Source of the DNA: Octopus bimaculoides
Lineage: Eukaryota
Reading direction: 5' to 3'
NCBI RefSeq assembly: GCF_001194135.2
Contig: NC_068991.1
Location: forward strand, 75,724,715-75,765,829
Length of the DNA stretch: 41,115 nt
This document shows positions 21,257 through 33,990 of the stretch, in pieces. Made by a program: the position numbers and the translations under genes. Positions within the stretch are counted from its first letter, which is position 1. Each line of letters starts with the position of its first letter. The notes below the pieces were generated by a model, which saw nothing but the letters and a program-made list of their open reading frames with translations, was not told where the DNA came from and made no database searches.

Positions 21257-23719
21257 CAATCATATCATTTTTCATATCCAATTTCGACTTCCTGTTATAT
21301 TACTGGAGAGTTTGAAAATAATGCATTTTCATTCAGGAGATGAATTTTATGTTCTACCTTGTTTTAAAAATCAAAAATCAGTTTCAATAATAATGCACTT
21401 ATTTCGAATGCTTCATTGCTTGAACCTATTTTAAAAATCGTAAATCGGGCCAATAATAAACTTCTTATCCAACGATATAGTTTCAACACTATAGAAATAT
21501 CAACGAAATCGCACCTTAAATTATCTCCCACAATGAAATATACAATGGACTGCGTAGGACTAAATATGTGTTGTCTGTGTAAAGGACCGGATTGTCACTG
21601 TTTTAATGCTTTTGTATTTAAGTCTACCCAGAGCTCACCTGGAACATAAACAACGATCTTAACCAATTCATTGATGCCTTATGTAGGAAAATCGGATTGC
21701 CGAGCAAAGGATCCATTTTAGTATAATCACTGATTGTGTCCCTTGATCGTGTCCCTATATTGTTCAAGGCAAAGTGATAGTCAAGATAACTTAGAAAATA
21801 TTGAATTCGTAAAGTTTATCAGTGAAAACCAAACTTGCTTACAATTATTTCATTAGCTTGATTTACTGAGTTCAGATAAATGCTATCTTACAGCCATGTG
21901 ACTTCCACCAGACAAGCCTCTTCCAGTCACTATTTATATACTTGAAATTTTCATGTGATGCCCGATCAATTCATGTATTTCATTTAAGTGGTTAAGTCTG
22001 AAGGAAGGGGTCGTGGTTATATTCTTCACAGGTTCTAAAAGCAAACAGCAATAAAATAGTTGCAGTTATTTTTTACTCTTTTCGGGGCGGGAGACGGTTA
22101 GAGAAATGTATTCCTGGCGTCGGCCGTTGTGGTAAGAGAAGAAAAATAGTGACTGACTTGTGCAGGGCCCAAGGGAAAACGAGTTATTCACGTGGGATTT
22201 AATATCACAGTATATGTTTATAGAGAAAATTATTATTCGTAAATTATTGTTCATAAATATAAAGATTTCAACTACTGATCCCAAAATCATACAAATGGAG
22301 GAAAGTAGCATAATTGATTTCGTGATTCTCAGTACTTAACTGGTATTTAATTTAATGACTAGTGGAGAACGAAATTCACCGAGAGTCCAATGGGATTTGA
22401 ACTCAAAACATAAGGTGATGTAATTACAAATCGTTAGGCATCTTGTCCAATGCTCGACCAGATCTTCTAAAGCATCAGTCTTTATATATAAAATCAATAT
22501 TAAAGACATTAGTTGAAAATAAAATGAACAAAAAACATGATGAATGGGTGAAAATAAACATATGAACATCTTAACCTTGCTCTGGCTTTCAATGAGGATT
22601 CAAAACATTAAAGAAATAAATCAAATACAATGTATATTATTTATCGACAGCAAGGGAAATATTGAAAACGATGATTTGTATTTTGCTTAGAAAATTATAT
22701 TTCACGAAATTGGGAAATCGATATTTAATATTTGATGTACGGTTAGTTTTCTAAGCAACCAAATACAAGATCTTAAAGACGATGTATCTAAGTAGTATCA
22801 TCCTAGATGGTGTTAGTGTGTATTTCAGATTAAAATGCTCTAACATATTCAGTGAATTACCTTAATGATAAACAGTTTGTGACACATGTCCACAAATTTA
22901 CGAGAAGGTAGGCGCGATTAAATTGACCGGGGTATATGAATGATACCAATCAACAATGAAGGATGACATGCAAGAATGACACCTCTACAATTTGTACCTA
23001 GATCGCAAAGGGCTGTACTAAATCAGATTTAGCAGCACTCTAATGGTCTATTCACCACATACTTTTCGAACACAGACAGAGGGTTTGGAAACAGAAGAAA
23101 GGGAAACAAAATCGACCTCAGAGTTTCCTTTTGCCGATTTCTGAAGAATGAAAGACAGTTGAAGTTCGCAGGATATGAATTCAAATCGTAAAGAGCCGAG
23201 ACAAACGTCGATGTTTCAACAGCTGTGCCAGTTCATTGTCCCCTTTTGCAGACACGTATTCGAATGTCAGTAAAGTAATACACAATGTGATGGAGGATGC
23301 CTCTATCTATCTGTTTATATCTGAATACACGCGTTTATTTGTGTATACCACAATAGTATTCGTCTCTCCGATACGTGCCTGTAGGCATGTTTGATGACGA
23401 GATGGTAAAAGCACAATTGTGCAAATTAAGCTATACTCCACTGTGCCGAAGTGATTTATGACTGCTTCAAATGCAACTGATCCATGCTATTGATTGGGAA
23501 AGGAAGCTGGCTGCATCTCTCTAAGGATCGATCAACAAATCATGAAATTACACGTCAGAAGACACCTTCTCTCTTCATCATATCAATAGCAGAGAAAGAA
23601 AATATTTAATCCCTCGACTATCGCGGATGTTACGTTCCAACCCCCCACCCTGCGAAGTAGTAACAGTACTGTACTGTATATTTTTTAGAACTATTTTTAT
23701 AATTTCTATATTCTTACAT

Positions 23720-23901
23720 TCTTTTACTTGTTTCAGTCATTTGACTGTGGCTTCTTTCAGTTTCCGTCGACCAAATCCACTCACAAGACTTTGGTCGGCC
23801 CGAGGCTATAATAGAAGACACTTGACCAAGGTGCCTCGCAGAGGGACTGAACCCAGAACAATGTAGTTGGTAAGCAAGCTACTTACTACACAGCCACCCC
23901 T
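23720..23901 (-). mobile_element. SINE family B with an internal deletion
   Basis: Head and 5' body are joined directly to the final ~30 bp at GGC (23749-23751), compared with the full copy at 35170-35584. Confidence 0.85.
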
Positions 23902-24699
23902 TATTTTATTATGGATACAAGACGACACAACAGAGGAATCGACATAAGTTTAAATAATAAACCGTGATAGGTGAACTGCGATATAGGGAGGATTTAATGT
24001 ATATATCAATTGCTGATAAGGGTACAGTATTGGGTTTTGCAACCTTAATATATTGCACGCTAAGTGAATAGTGTGTCCTGCTGTGTTAGCAGTGCGATTC
24101 AGTCACTTTCTAAATACATCTCTTAGATTTTCTATAGAAATTAGGACTAGCGCTGAATGTCATGACGGCTCGTATGCATTTAAGTAAACAATGGGATTGT
24201 AGAAGTATAGGAGGTCGGTGCATATGCATATTTCCGGAGTAATTGCTCCTTTTCAGGACCACTTCCCACCCATGCATACATCGCTTAAATAGTCACAAAA
24301 TTCACTTTGGTGTACCGATGTTACACTGTAACTATTTTTCTCTCTCCGATCGCATTGTTTACATAGACGTGTTCTTCTTATACTAAACGTTGTAACTTTC
24401 AGTTCCGGCTCGTCTCTATAGAAAATCAGTAGAGATAATTTTAAAAAGTGTTTTATATATATATATATATATATATATNNNNNNNNNNNNNNNNNNNNNN
24501 NNNNNNNNNNNNNNNNNNNNNNNNNNNNNNNNNNNNNNNNNNNNNNNNNNNNNNNNNNNNNNNNNNNNNNNNNNNNNNNNNNNNNNNNNNNNNNNNNNNN
24601 NNNNNNNNNNNNNNNNNNNNNNNNNNNNNNNNNNNNNNNNNNNNNNNNNNNNNNNNNNNNNTATATATATAGATAGATAGATAGATAGATAGATAGATT

Positions 24700-24733
<34 letters not shown>

Positions 24734-25288
24734 TAAACTTATACATCTAATTCTCACGTAGTTTGAACACAATATAATGATTTTACCGAGTGACTAGTTA
24801 TGCCACAGCTGACGGAGACATCTATGTCTGTGTGTTCGTGCGTGCACGAGTGTATGCGCACGCGCGAGCGTGTACTCTTTCCACTATATCAAAATACGAT
24901 AAAGATCAATAAATAAACTTTTGAGATGAAATATGTATTTTTAAATCATTAACTAAATACTGACACCTATTTGTAGTTCATTTTCTTATCTTTATATGTT
25001 TTTCCATATATTTTTGAATATTCTAAAACACAAAAAACATCCCTGCTGAATTTGGATTAAATATTATATACAATATTACCGCCATTGCTACATAAATCTT
25101 TTACGTAACTACGTCGGACAGACGCAGTATATATTACACGAAGGCTTCCAACTAGACATTACACTTGCACACTGAAATGAACAATATCTACAAGAAACGA
25201 AACCGGTTTCAAATTATGCATATTCTTCTAATTATGGACTGTGAAGATTTTCAAAAGTTAATTTGAAATTATTTTAGAATTCGTATTC

Positions 25289-25524
25289 TTATTGTGATGA
25301 TCTGTTTTTAATGCATACTACTATATTTTGAAATAATTTCACTATAATCATATATTTTGAAATTCGTATTCTTGAAATGATTTGAAACTAGTACTGTATT
25401 ATGCTTATAATAATTATACTTCGGAATGTGCATTAATATATTTTGAGATAATTTTATTGTGATAATCTCATTTTAATGCATAGTACTGTATCTTGAAATA
25501 ATTTCACTTTTATCGTATATTTTG
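25289..25524. repeat. Diverged 71-bp direct duplication in an AT-rich degenerate repeat
   Basis: 25289-25359 and 25454-25524 align without gaps (TTATTGTGAT...TTTAATGCATA...TTGAAATAATTTCACT...TATATTTTG). Confidence 0.75.
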
Positions 25525-26736
25525 TATGTAATTCACTACTATATAGAAAGTAAATAACATTTTCTTATTTTCAACATACTCTGACTTGAGTGGAATATTT
25601 TAAACATTTTATCATTCGTGTGAGTAGGATTACATTCATAAATGCACGTGTATTTAAGTGATTGTATACGTACATTTGAATATAAATATTTCTGGACAGT
25701 AATGCTTTTTAAGTATTAATCGGCATTCTTTACACGAAGACAATAATCAATGCTTACCTTATTTATGGTTCAAAATATTCATGTTATACCTTGGACAGTT
25801 CGTTTCGAAATTTTATAGAGATCGTCGTATCTTATTGTACATTACTTTAACCCTGTCAAATGTCACTGAAATTATACAAAATCGATGGCTTTTCCAAAAC
25901 GTAAACACGTTGCTTAATTGAGGTACTATATTTCTATACCTTTATTGAAATAAAATTACAGTTTGAAGTATTTTGTAACTGAACAGAGTCGTAGCTGACA
26001 TTTTAAAATATTTTTAATCTCAGTCTCTTTCAGTCGCTATCTACTTCAATCTCAGTTCTCTTTTAACGAGAGATTGTGCATTGAAACCAATACGGGAGAT
26101 ACATATATGACCTTAAATATTCATAATCGATCTCTGTCTTGTATAATAGTTATCATTCATTTTACCTCTCCTGATTTAAAGGTGATGAACTTACAGAACT
26201 GATTAAAATGGCAGACAAGTTGTGAATTATCGTTTTACATAGTTAACAAAAATCTGTTTCTACTGAAACTATAGCTTCCTATGACATATGATCTTGCATT
26301 AATATATTTATCCATTCAGCACAGTAACCATCTGCCGATTAGGCTTTAATTATTAATGTAGATAGTATTCTATTTCAATAATTCTACAATTCATTTAATA
26401 AGACTATCTGGTTTCATTTATATATTAAAAGCGAAATCCATTTATATTTATGAAGAGTAACACCGATCAAACCGATGCCGTCCGTAGGTCTGCTAGAGAT
26501 CGTGACATATCATTATTTCATGGGTAGCGAAAGATACAGATGGTCAAGTCGATAGGGTGTCAGATTACTATATCACAAGCAAACATTTCTTAGTTCATTG
26601 TTAGCATAGAACTGTGTCTGTTTCTATGTGAAGTTAAACTGGTAACGACCAGAAAAACAAGTTGTTTAAAAATTTTTAAAGCGTTTTTTTTTTTAAATTT
26701 TTGGCTGAGTGAATATATTTGAATTAAATGTGATAT

Positions 26737-28321
26737 AAATCGGGGCCAAAGGATCTGTGTGGTAATTTTCGTGGGATTTCGCTTTTGTCTGTGGTTGGAA
26801 AGGTACTTGCCTGCATTCTGTTAGGACGTTTAAATACCTTCATAGTTCTAAATATGGTGTCTGCGTGTCAGTGAGGTTTTCGCTCCTCTTGGGACACAGC
26901 TGATTGTATCTTTACTATCAGACAATTGCAAGAAAAGTGCATTGAACAGAATCTTGCCCTACACCATTGCTTTGTTGATTTGAACAAAGCATTCGATACT
27001 GTTAATCGAAATGCTCTGTGGCTAATTCTAAGGAAAATAGATGGTCCAGAAAAATATGTAAATATGATCAGGGCGTTGCATCAAGACGTGAAAGCTAGGG
27101 TTAATTTAGGCTCTCTGAATCTTTTGCCATGGAAAATGGAGTAAAGCTAGGAGACCTTGATGCACCCACCTTCTTGCCTTTCAAAGCTCCGAGGAGGTTA
27201 TTTACATAACAGGGAATATTTTTAATCTGACCAGACTGAAATTCAAAACTGAAGGTTTTTATTTCACTCATTAGGAAATTCTTATACGCTGACGATCATG
27301 ATCTAGTCAGTCATTCTGAAACAGGTCTGCAATCACTTACATCTGCAATTGACGCAGCTTCTGATGAGTTTGGCTTGATCATCAACTTGAAAAAAACAGT
27401 TGTAATGTATCAACCTGCATGTGGTGCTGTTTGGAATCACTTGTTGATTCTTTCATCTACCTTGGGAGCTCTGTACAAAGTGATGGTACTCTGAACACAG
27501 AAATACATCTGCGAATTCAAAGGGCAACACAAGCATTCGGTGGCTCGGAGTCACGCGTTCGGCGCCAACAACATATGAATAACAATACAAAGTTGGCTCT
27601 TTAAAATCATTTGTCTTACCATCCCTGTTGTTTACTTTTGAAACATGAACATGTTGATAAAGACATTTCAAATTGTTAATACAATTCCACCATAAATACC
27701 TTCATCGCATTTTAAACATGAAATGGAGTTCTTTTACTTCAAACACAGATGTCCTTGTGTCTGCAGGCATCACCTCAATTAAAGCAATGATTTTGAAAAA
27801 CCTAATGCGATGGTGTGGCCATATTGCTCGAATGGTGGATGAACGCACACCCAAACAGTTATGAGGTCACTTGGAATGGATTCACAGGACATAGAAACCC
27901 TTGCTTCGGATCGTGTTGGAGGTCAGGATAACGCATGCAAGATTCAAAAGAGATTTAAAGAAAAATGTTACGATCGAGAAGGTGAATCACAATGACGTTT
28001 TTGTGCGCACAGTTTGCGACAGGACTTGCCTTTCTTTTGTTCGGCTCAAATCTTATTTGTCTGTGCACACCTTTCAATGCAATGTATGTCAGAAGGTCTA
28101 CAAATCTAATGGAGACCTCAAAAGACATGTTAAGTTCCACAGTGATCAGAACTTAACTACAGCTCTTGGTGGTCCAAATCGGATATGCAATCTATGTGGT
28201 GTCTTTTCAAACTATTGTCTGGTTTAAAAAGCCACATCAGCTACCATGATGGTTCTAAGGTGTAGGTACAGGATGTGATGAAACTGCGTAATGGATGGTA
28301 AACTGCATAACGAGTAGAAAA

Positions 28322-28323
<2 letters not shown>
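26737..28323 (+). mobile_element. 5'-truncated, decayed RTE LINE with a C-terminal C2H2 zinc-finger array and (AT)n tail
   Basis: GNFRGISLLSVVGKVLACILLGRL, IFTIRQLQEKCIEQN...FVDLNKAFDTVNR, YADD at 27285-27296, YLGS, MRWCGHIARMVDERTPKQL. Zinc fingers at 28006-28247; (AT)n 28324-28361. Confidence 0.9.
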
Positions 28324-28363
<40 letters not shown>

Positions 28364-28364
28364 A

Positions 28365-28510
28365 ACGGACTTCCGTACAGTTTCTGTTTCCTAATTTCAC
28401 TGACAAACATTTGTCGGTTCGAGTCTGTAGGTGAAGAGAAAAGTGACGGTGCCGTACAGCTCTGCTCTGCAACACATGGTTGCGAAGCGAGATACTTTAC
28501 TACGAAACTA
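28365..28510 (-). mobile_element. Degenerate SINE family B, 5' half
   Basis: GGACTTCCGTACAGTTTCTGTTTCC...TTTGTCGGTTCGAG...GGTGCCG...ACACATGGTTGCGAAGCGAG resembles the reverse complement of 35170-35330. Confidence 0.55.
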
Positions 28511-28874
28511 CGTCTATACTAATATAGCCAAATATGGTAGGGAAATGAAGATTATTTAAAGGAGCGCATCAGAGAAGTGTTTAATTAATGAATTTTGCAC
28601 CTAATGTTGAAGCGAAAAGTCATTCGTGTTAACAATAATATTTCGAAAATGACAAACTAGGAAATTGAAGTAAAAATTGATTAAATATTGACCTGGAATA
28701 AGCAGTGGAGGTGGACGTGATTATAATCTTTGCTAAGTGCGTGAAGAACTTAGATGAGTTAGTCTAATTTTACTCTCTCACTGAAGTATAGTTTTATTTT
28801 CATATCACTAGACCTTAATATGACAATGGAAGCTTAGAAGACTTCAGCAATAATACGCGGATAGTGGGAGGAAA

Positions 28875-29080
28875 TTGTTAGCGCGTCGGAGAGAATGTTT
28901 AGCGATATAACTTCTGGTTTTACTTTCTCAGTTTAAATGCTTCCGCGCTTAGACTTTGCCTTTTTTTCTTTACAGCGACGGTAGAATTTTACCAATTTGA
29001 GCTCCGGAGTTGATGTAATCAACTAACTCATCCGGCACCCCCGCAAAAGTTTCATGCCTTGTGTTCATAGTAGAAAGACA
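28875..29080 (+). mobile_element. Degenerate SINE family A
   Basis: GTTAGCGCGTCGGAGAGAATG...GACTTTGCCTTT...GTTGATGTAATCAACT...CATGCCTTGTG...AGTAGAAAG aligns loosely to 9320-9515. Confidence 0.55.
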
Positions 29081-29522
29081 GGTCACTGCAAAAAAAAAAC
29101 AAAAAAAAAACAGATACCAGAAAAATATAGACTAAATAATAATAATAATTTATTATTTATATTTTTACTTCCAAAATTTTCGTTGCCTTTGGAAGAAGAA
29201 ATATCAAAAATAAATGAGTGGAAATCAAACCGGTGAATGTGTTAGATAATAAGACATTATGACAATATTACCCTCCCCATACACAACATAGTTTGTTTTA
29301 ACACACGAATTCACATAAGGAATCTTGCAAATCAGATGCAAAAATGAAATGATAATATAGGAAAATGGAAAAAAAATACTTGTCATCATGGTTATAATTG
29401 AAAATAGAGTTTATTTTTACTATCCCTAGAATTAGCATGTTAGATATTATGTTTCCAATATGTTTTTCCATTGATAGGTTATCTCTAAAACACTTTCTAT
29501 ATCACATTTATCGTCTGTCTGA

Positions 29523-29621
29523 TCAGTAAAAGGCGTGGTTTTGGTAATTTTCTTCCTCTAAATCGTATGCATCATCCCAGTCTTCCAACACTCTTGTTGT
29601 TGGGGCAAAGGCTACGTTTCC
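29523..29621 (-). CDS. Candidate terminal coding exon of an unidentified gene (GNVAFAPTTRVLEDWDDAYDLEEENYQNHAFY*)
   Basis: Acceptor GTGTATATTTTCAG, a single open frame of 32 codons ending in TGA, AATAAA at 29415-29410, locally raised GC. No homology recognised. Confidence 0.3.
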   Translation of the reverse strand, partial: GNVAFAPTTRVLEDWDDAYDLEEENYQNHAFY

Positions 29622-30749
29622 CTGAAAATATACACGATAGAAATCGTGACAGACTTATTTCCCTTCGATCTTTCTCCTAATTCGAGGAATTCCTTTATCA
29701 TTTTAAATTTCGAAATAACTTAGCTTGCTCTTCACAAAAATTATAATTCATGTTAATGGCTTTTCTTTCCACAACAGGACGGATGTCAGCTTAATTGAAT
29801 ATTTTTTTGGTTTTTGGTTCACTCCATGCAGTAGTTTAGACCCTGCTTAAACGCTCAATTGCATGTTATTCCTGCAGAATCGAGTATTAGAAATATTTTC
29901 CATATCATAGATTTTATAGTTGCATCAGATATAAATCATATAACCTTAAATGGTTTATGCACGTTTCTAATTGAGTNNNNNNNNNNNNNNNNNNNNNNNN
30001 NNNNNNNNNNNNNNNNNNNNNNNNNNNNNNNNNNNNNNNNNNNNNNNNNNNNNNNNNNNNNNNNNNNNNNNNNNNNNNNNNNNNNNNNNNNNNNNNNNNN
30101 NNNNNNNNNNNNNNNNNNNNNNNNNNNNNNNNNNNNNNNNNNNNNNNNNNNNNNNNNNNNNNNNNNNNNNNNNNNNNNNNNNNNNNNNNNNNNNNNNNNN
30201 NNNNNNNNNNNNNNNNNNNNNNNNNNNNNNNNNNNNNNNNNNNNNNNNNNNNNNNNNNNNNNNNNNNNNNNNNNNNNNNNNNNNNNNNNNNNNNNNNNNN
30301 NNNNNNNNNNNNNNNNNNNNNNNNNNNNNNNNNNNNNNNNNNNNNNNNNNNNNNNNNNNNNNNNNNNNNNNNNNNNNNNNNNNNNNNNNNNNNNNNNNNN
30401 NNNNNNNNNNNNNNNNNNNNNNNNNNNNATATATATATATATATATATATATACATACGTATGTGTGTGAATACATATATGTATAAATGCACCTATATAT
30501 ATACATACATAGATACACGCGCACACACACACACATATAGTGCCTGGTTTAAATTAATTTATGAAATTCAGAGGAGGATAGATGGAGAACATGTCAGGCA
30601 TGAAGCTGGTTTCATGACATAGAGAATTAAATAACTTCTCCAAGAACACTGCCTGGGAACTGAATGTTTTATACATTAGCAGAAGTGGGGGGAATTCAAT
30701 ATTTCAGCCTTTCTGACATTGCAAACTTGATAAATGCGTCATTATTATC

Positions 30750-30975
30750 ATTATTGTTACTACTATTATTATTATTATTATTATTATTAATATTATTATT
30801 GAAATCAATTAACAATAATGATAGGAAAAACGATGACGAGGATAAGAATCGCGATTATGATGACGATGATGATGATGCTGACGGTGACGGAAATAATGTT
30901 CATGATTATGATAATGATGGATGGTGATGATGATGATTTTAATGCTAATATCAATGACAAAAATAAATATAAAAA

Positions 30976-31047
<72 letters not shown>

Positions 31048-31065
31048 CACCACCACTACTACTAG

Positions 31066-31113
<48 letters not shown>

Positions 31114-31196
31114 GACTACTAGCACTAACAAACAACAAGAACAACAAAAACACGTACAGCGACCACGACGACAATAAGAACATCATCAACAACGAC

Positions 31197-31251
<55 letters not shown>

Positions 31252-31349
31252 GCACTAACAAGACAACAAGAACAAAAACACGTACAAAGACGACGACGAC
31301 AAGAAGAACATCAACAACAAGAACTACAATAATAATAATAATAATGATG

Positions 31350-31410
<61 letters not shown>

Positions 31411-31412
31411 CG
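30750..31412. repeat. Compound trinucleotide repeat block (ATT/GAT/ACT/ACC/AAT/AAC) with a ~70-bp internal duplication
   Basis: Read directly; TAGCACTAACAA...AACAAAAACACGTACA occurs at ~31119 and ~31249. Confidence 0.9.
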
Positions 31413-32152
31413 ATATGTCCGTATGCTCAATATTATTTATCGATGTAATATTGCGCGAGTGCTCTTGACGTAGCTTTTTCCATAAAGCTCAGTACGAATT
31501 TAATGTAAAATTAGATTATGCCAGTAATATTTCCACGGACTTCTAAACCATTTCCTAAGAACAAAATCCTTGAGTTGCGTAGGTCAAAGTGAGATCATTT
31601 GTTGTTCCGACAGAAAATATTGGTTTCTTGCATTTGCAAGGAACCTGGTGGGTTCTTGCAAGATAAAAACAGAGATGTCGTGTCACGCGTTGGTTCCAGC
31701 GATAGGTAACTATCTTAGAAGTGGTTCTTCAAACGCAGCCAGAGCAGGAGAGCCGGGGGAGTGGAAGGAGGAGGAGGAGGAGGAAAGCAGGAGAAAGCGA
31801 GAGCATGAGGTGATGGAGAAGAGTGAGAGGTGGAGGAAGGTGTCGACAACGGTGAGGATGAGGACGAGTAGACGATGACGACGAAGTAAACGATGATGGT
31901 GATGCCACTGAAGATAATATTTAGAAGTTCATGGAGTGTGTGAAGAGTTTATAAAAACTGATTTAATCATACACACACATACACATATAAACACACACAT
32001 ATATATATATACATACATATACTCATACACACAACAATCACCTACCCACACACACATATGTATACATATAAATACATATACCCATACACACAACATATAC
32101 ACACACACAAACAAACGCACACACACACAAACAAACGCACACACACGAACCC

Positions 32153-32212
<60 letters not shown>

Positions 32213-32459
32213 TCATACACATAACATACACAACCCACACACGCACGCCCGCATACGCACACGCACACACACATATACATATATATATATATAGACATAT
32301 ACACGCGTGTATGCATGTGTTTCGTTCATAAATTTCTAATATTAAGCTATATCGAGTGTAGAAAATTGAAGTGGAATTACCATTATGCTTAAAACGAAGG
32401 ATGCAATATTCTTCACGCATTATTGCTTGCAATACTGTGATGGCAAGCAATACTGTGAT

Positions 32460-33059
32460 GGCATTATCACAGCGACTGGAATTCTGTTTAAACGTATATT
32501 GTGGTAGAATGCTTCTTATGGTGTTCCGTAAGACCTGAGCATTTCGCATATCTTTGTTCGGTGCATTGAATCAAAGGTCTTCGAGAGCTCCACAAAGAGC
32601 ATGAGTGCCTCTAGTTTCCATGTTTCTTCTCACACAGTCAATATCTGTTAAGTGTCGACCTATTCATTCTGAATGCGTTCTGGTTCGGGTGAAGAACTTT
32701 CTCAATCTCATGTTGAATTCGATTACGCAACATCGCGTTGTATATCGTAGCAGCAATAACAGTAAATGTAAGGAAACAAGGGGATGCATCTTTCTGTCTA
32801 GAACTGAGTACGATTTGGCTATACACATCGTTGGAGGATTACTAGGGAGTATAGTTAAAGCTTGTTGTCTTCAAGTCTTCAGGGCACTATACCCTGACCA
32901 GCTACCTTCCATTCTTCATATCTTCGTTACTGCTTTCAACGCATCTTCACTGAACGGGTTTGTCTTGATAGGAAGTTCATCTTCGATGATTGTCTGGACT
33001 GGGACCGCGTTGACAACACCATCTCTCTCCAACAGATTCTCAAAATGATCTTCCTATTT
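32460..33059 (-). mobile_element. Inverted 5' segment of an RTE-group LINE
   Basis: Minus-strand readings EDHFENLLERDG...LPIKTNPFSED, LTFTVIAATIYNAMLRNRIQHEIEKVLHPNQNAFRMNRST, then MLRSYGTP near 32520. Confidence 0.85.
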
Positions 33060-33990
33060 CTCTATAAGAATACAAAATCAATGGTGCGATACCTCGATGG
33101 TTATAGAAAATTTTGATGTTCAAGCGGGGGTAGTACAAGACGATACATTAGCATTACTATTCTTTATAATACCGGACAATGCTTTATGTACGTCTATTGA
33201 TCTACACAGTAACATTAGTTTTACTCTTCTGAAAGCTAGAAGCAAAAGGTATCTAGACGAGAAAATCACTGTGGCTGATAACGCAGACGACTTTCTACTA
33301 TTTGAAGAGAAGGTAACAAACGTTGAAAAACTACTGCGCGCAGTAGCTAACAGAGGAAACTTTAAAGAAATGCTGGGAAGACTGAATACATATATTTTAA
33401 AAAGAACAGTCAGATCAGCTCACAGAACAGCACAGCACTAAAACCAGAATCTCGGAACTGATATGTCATCCACTGAGAAAAGCTTATGAATCTGCGTAGC
33501 ACAAGGATGAAATACACTGGAATAATTCAGAATGATTTGGAAGCCTAAACAGCCTCACCGGATGACTAAGACTTTTTCAAAGTTATTGTATAACCAGTTC
33601 TTCTTTGTGGTTCATGAAGTCTGAAGGAAAAAGGTGCAGAAGCATGATGGTACCTATACATGTATTTTTGGTGCTATACACAGTTAGCCAAGGAAACAAG
33701 ATCTAAAAAAAGAAGAGCTTTATGGAAAAATCCTCAATGTATTACCAGTCATTCCTGATCGGACAGCACGATGTGCAGATCAGTGCTATTGAAGTGAAAA
33801 TGAATTAGTGAGTAGGTTCTTCCGTGGGTTCCGAACCATAAGAATACGCATGTCAGACGACACAGAGTAACGTACATTGATCAACTCTCTCGAAGCATCA
33901 AGTTATGAACAAAAGACCCAAAAAGCATTAAGGTAGAGAGGAACGCTAGAAAAGAAAGCGTGATCTGGGTCCGGGTAACTCATCCGAAAC
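33060..33990 (+). mobile_element. Sense 3' segment of the same RTE-group LINE
   Basis: LYKNTKSMVRYLDG, AGVVQDDTLA (decayed QGD), NADD at 33280-33291 (decayed YADD), HDGTYT, EELYGK. Confidence 0.85.

Noticed and set aside
22032-22131. Plus-strand 100-bp exon candidate (VLKANSNK...)
   Set aside because: Modest splice sites, no homology and no supported neighbouring exons.
24284-24305. Partial resemblance to miR-153 (ATAGTCACAAAA)
   Set aside because: Seed positions mismatch and there is no precursor hairpin.
25080-25171. Minus-strand unit with a good acceptor and GTAATA donor
   Set aside because: Stops in all frames.
25758-25865. Minus-strand exon-like unit with AAG|GTAAGC donor and TTTCAG acceptor
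   Set aside because: Stops in all three frames and no independent support; at most a non-coding exon.
31590-31604. bantam-like TGAGATCATT
   Set aside because: Only the first 10 nt match and there is no precursor stem.
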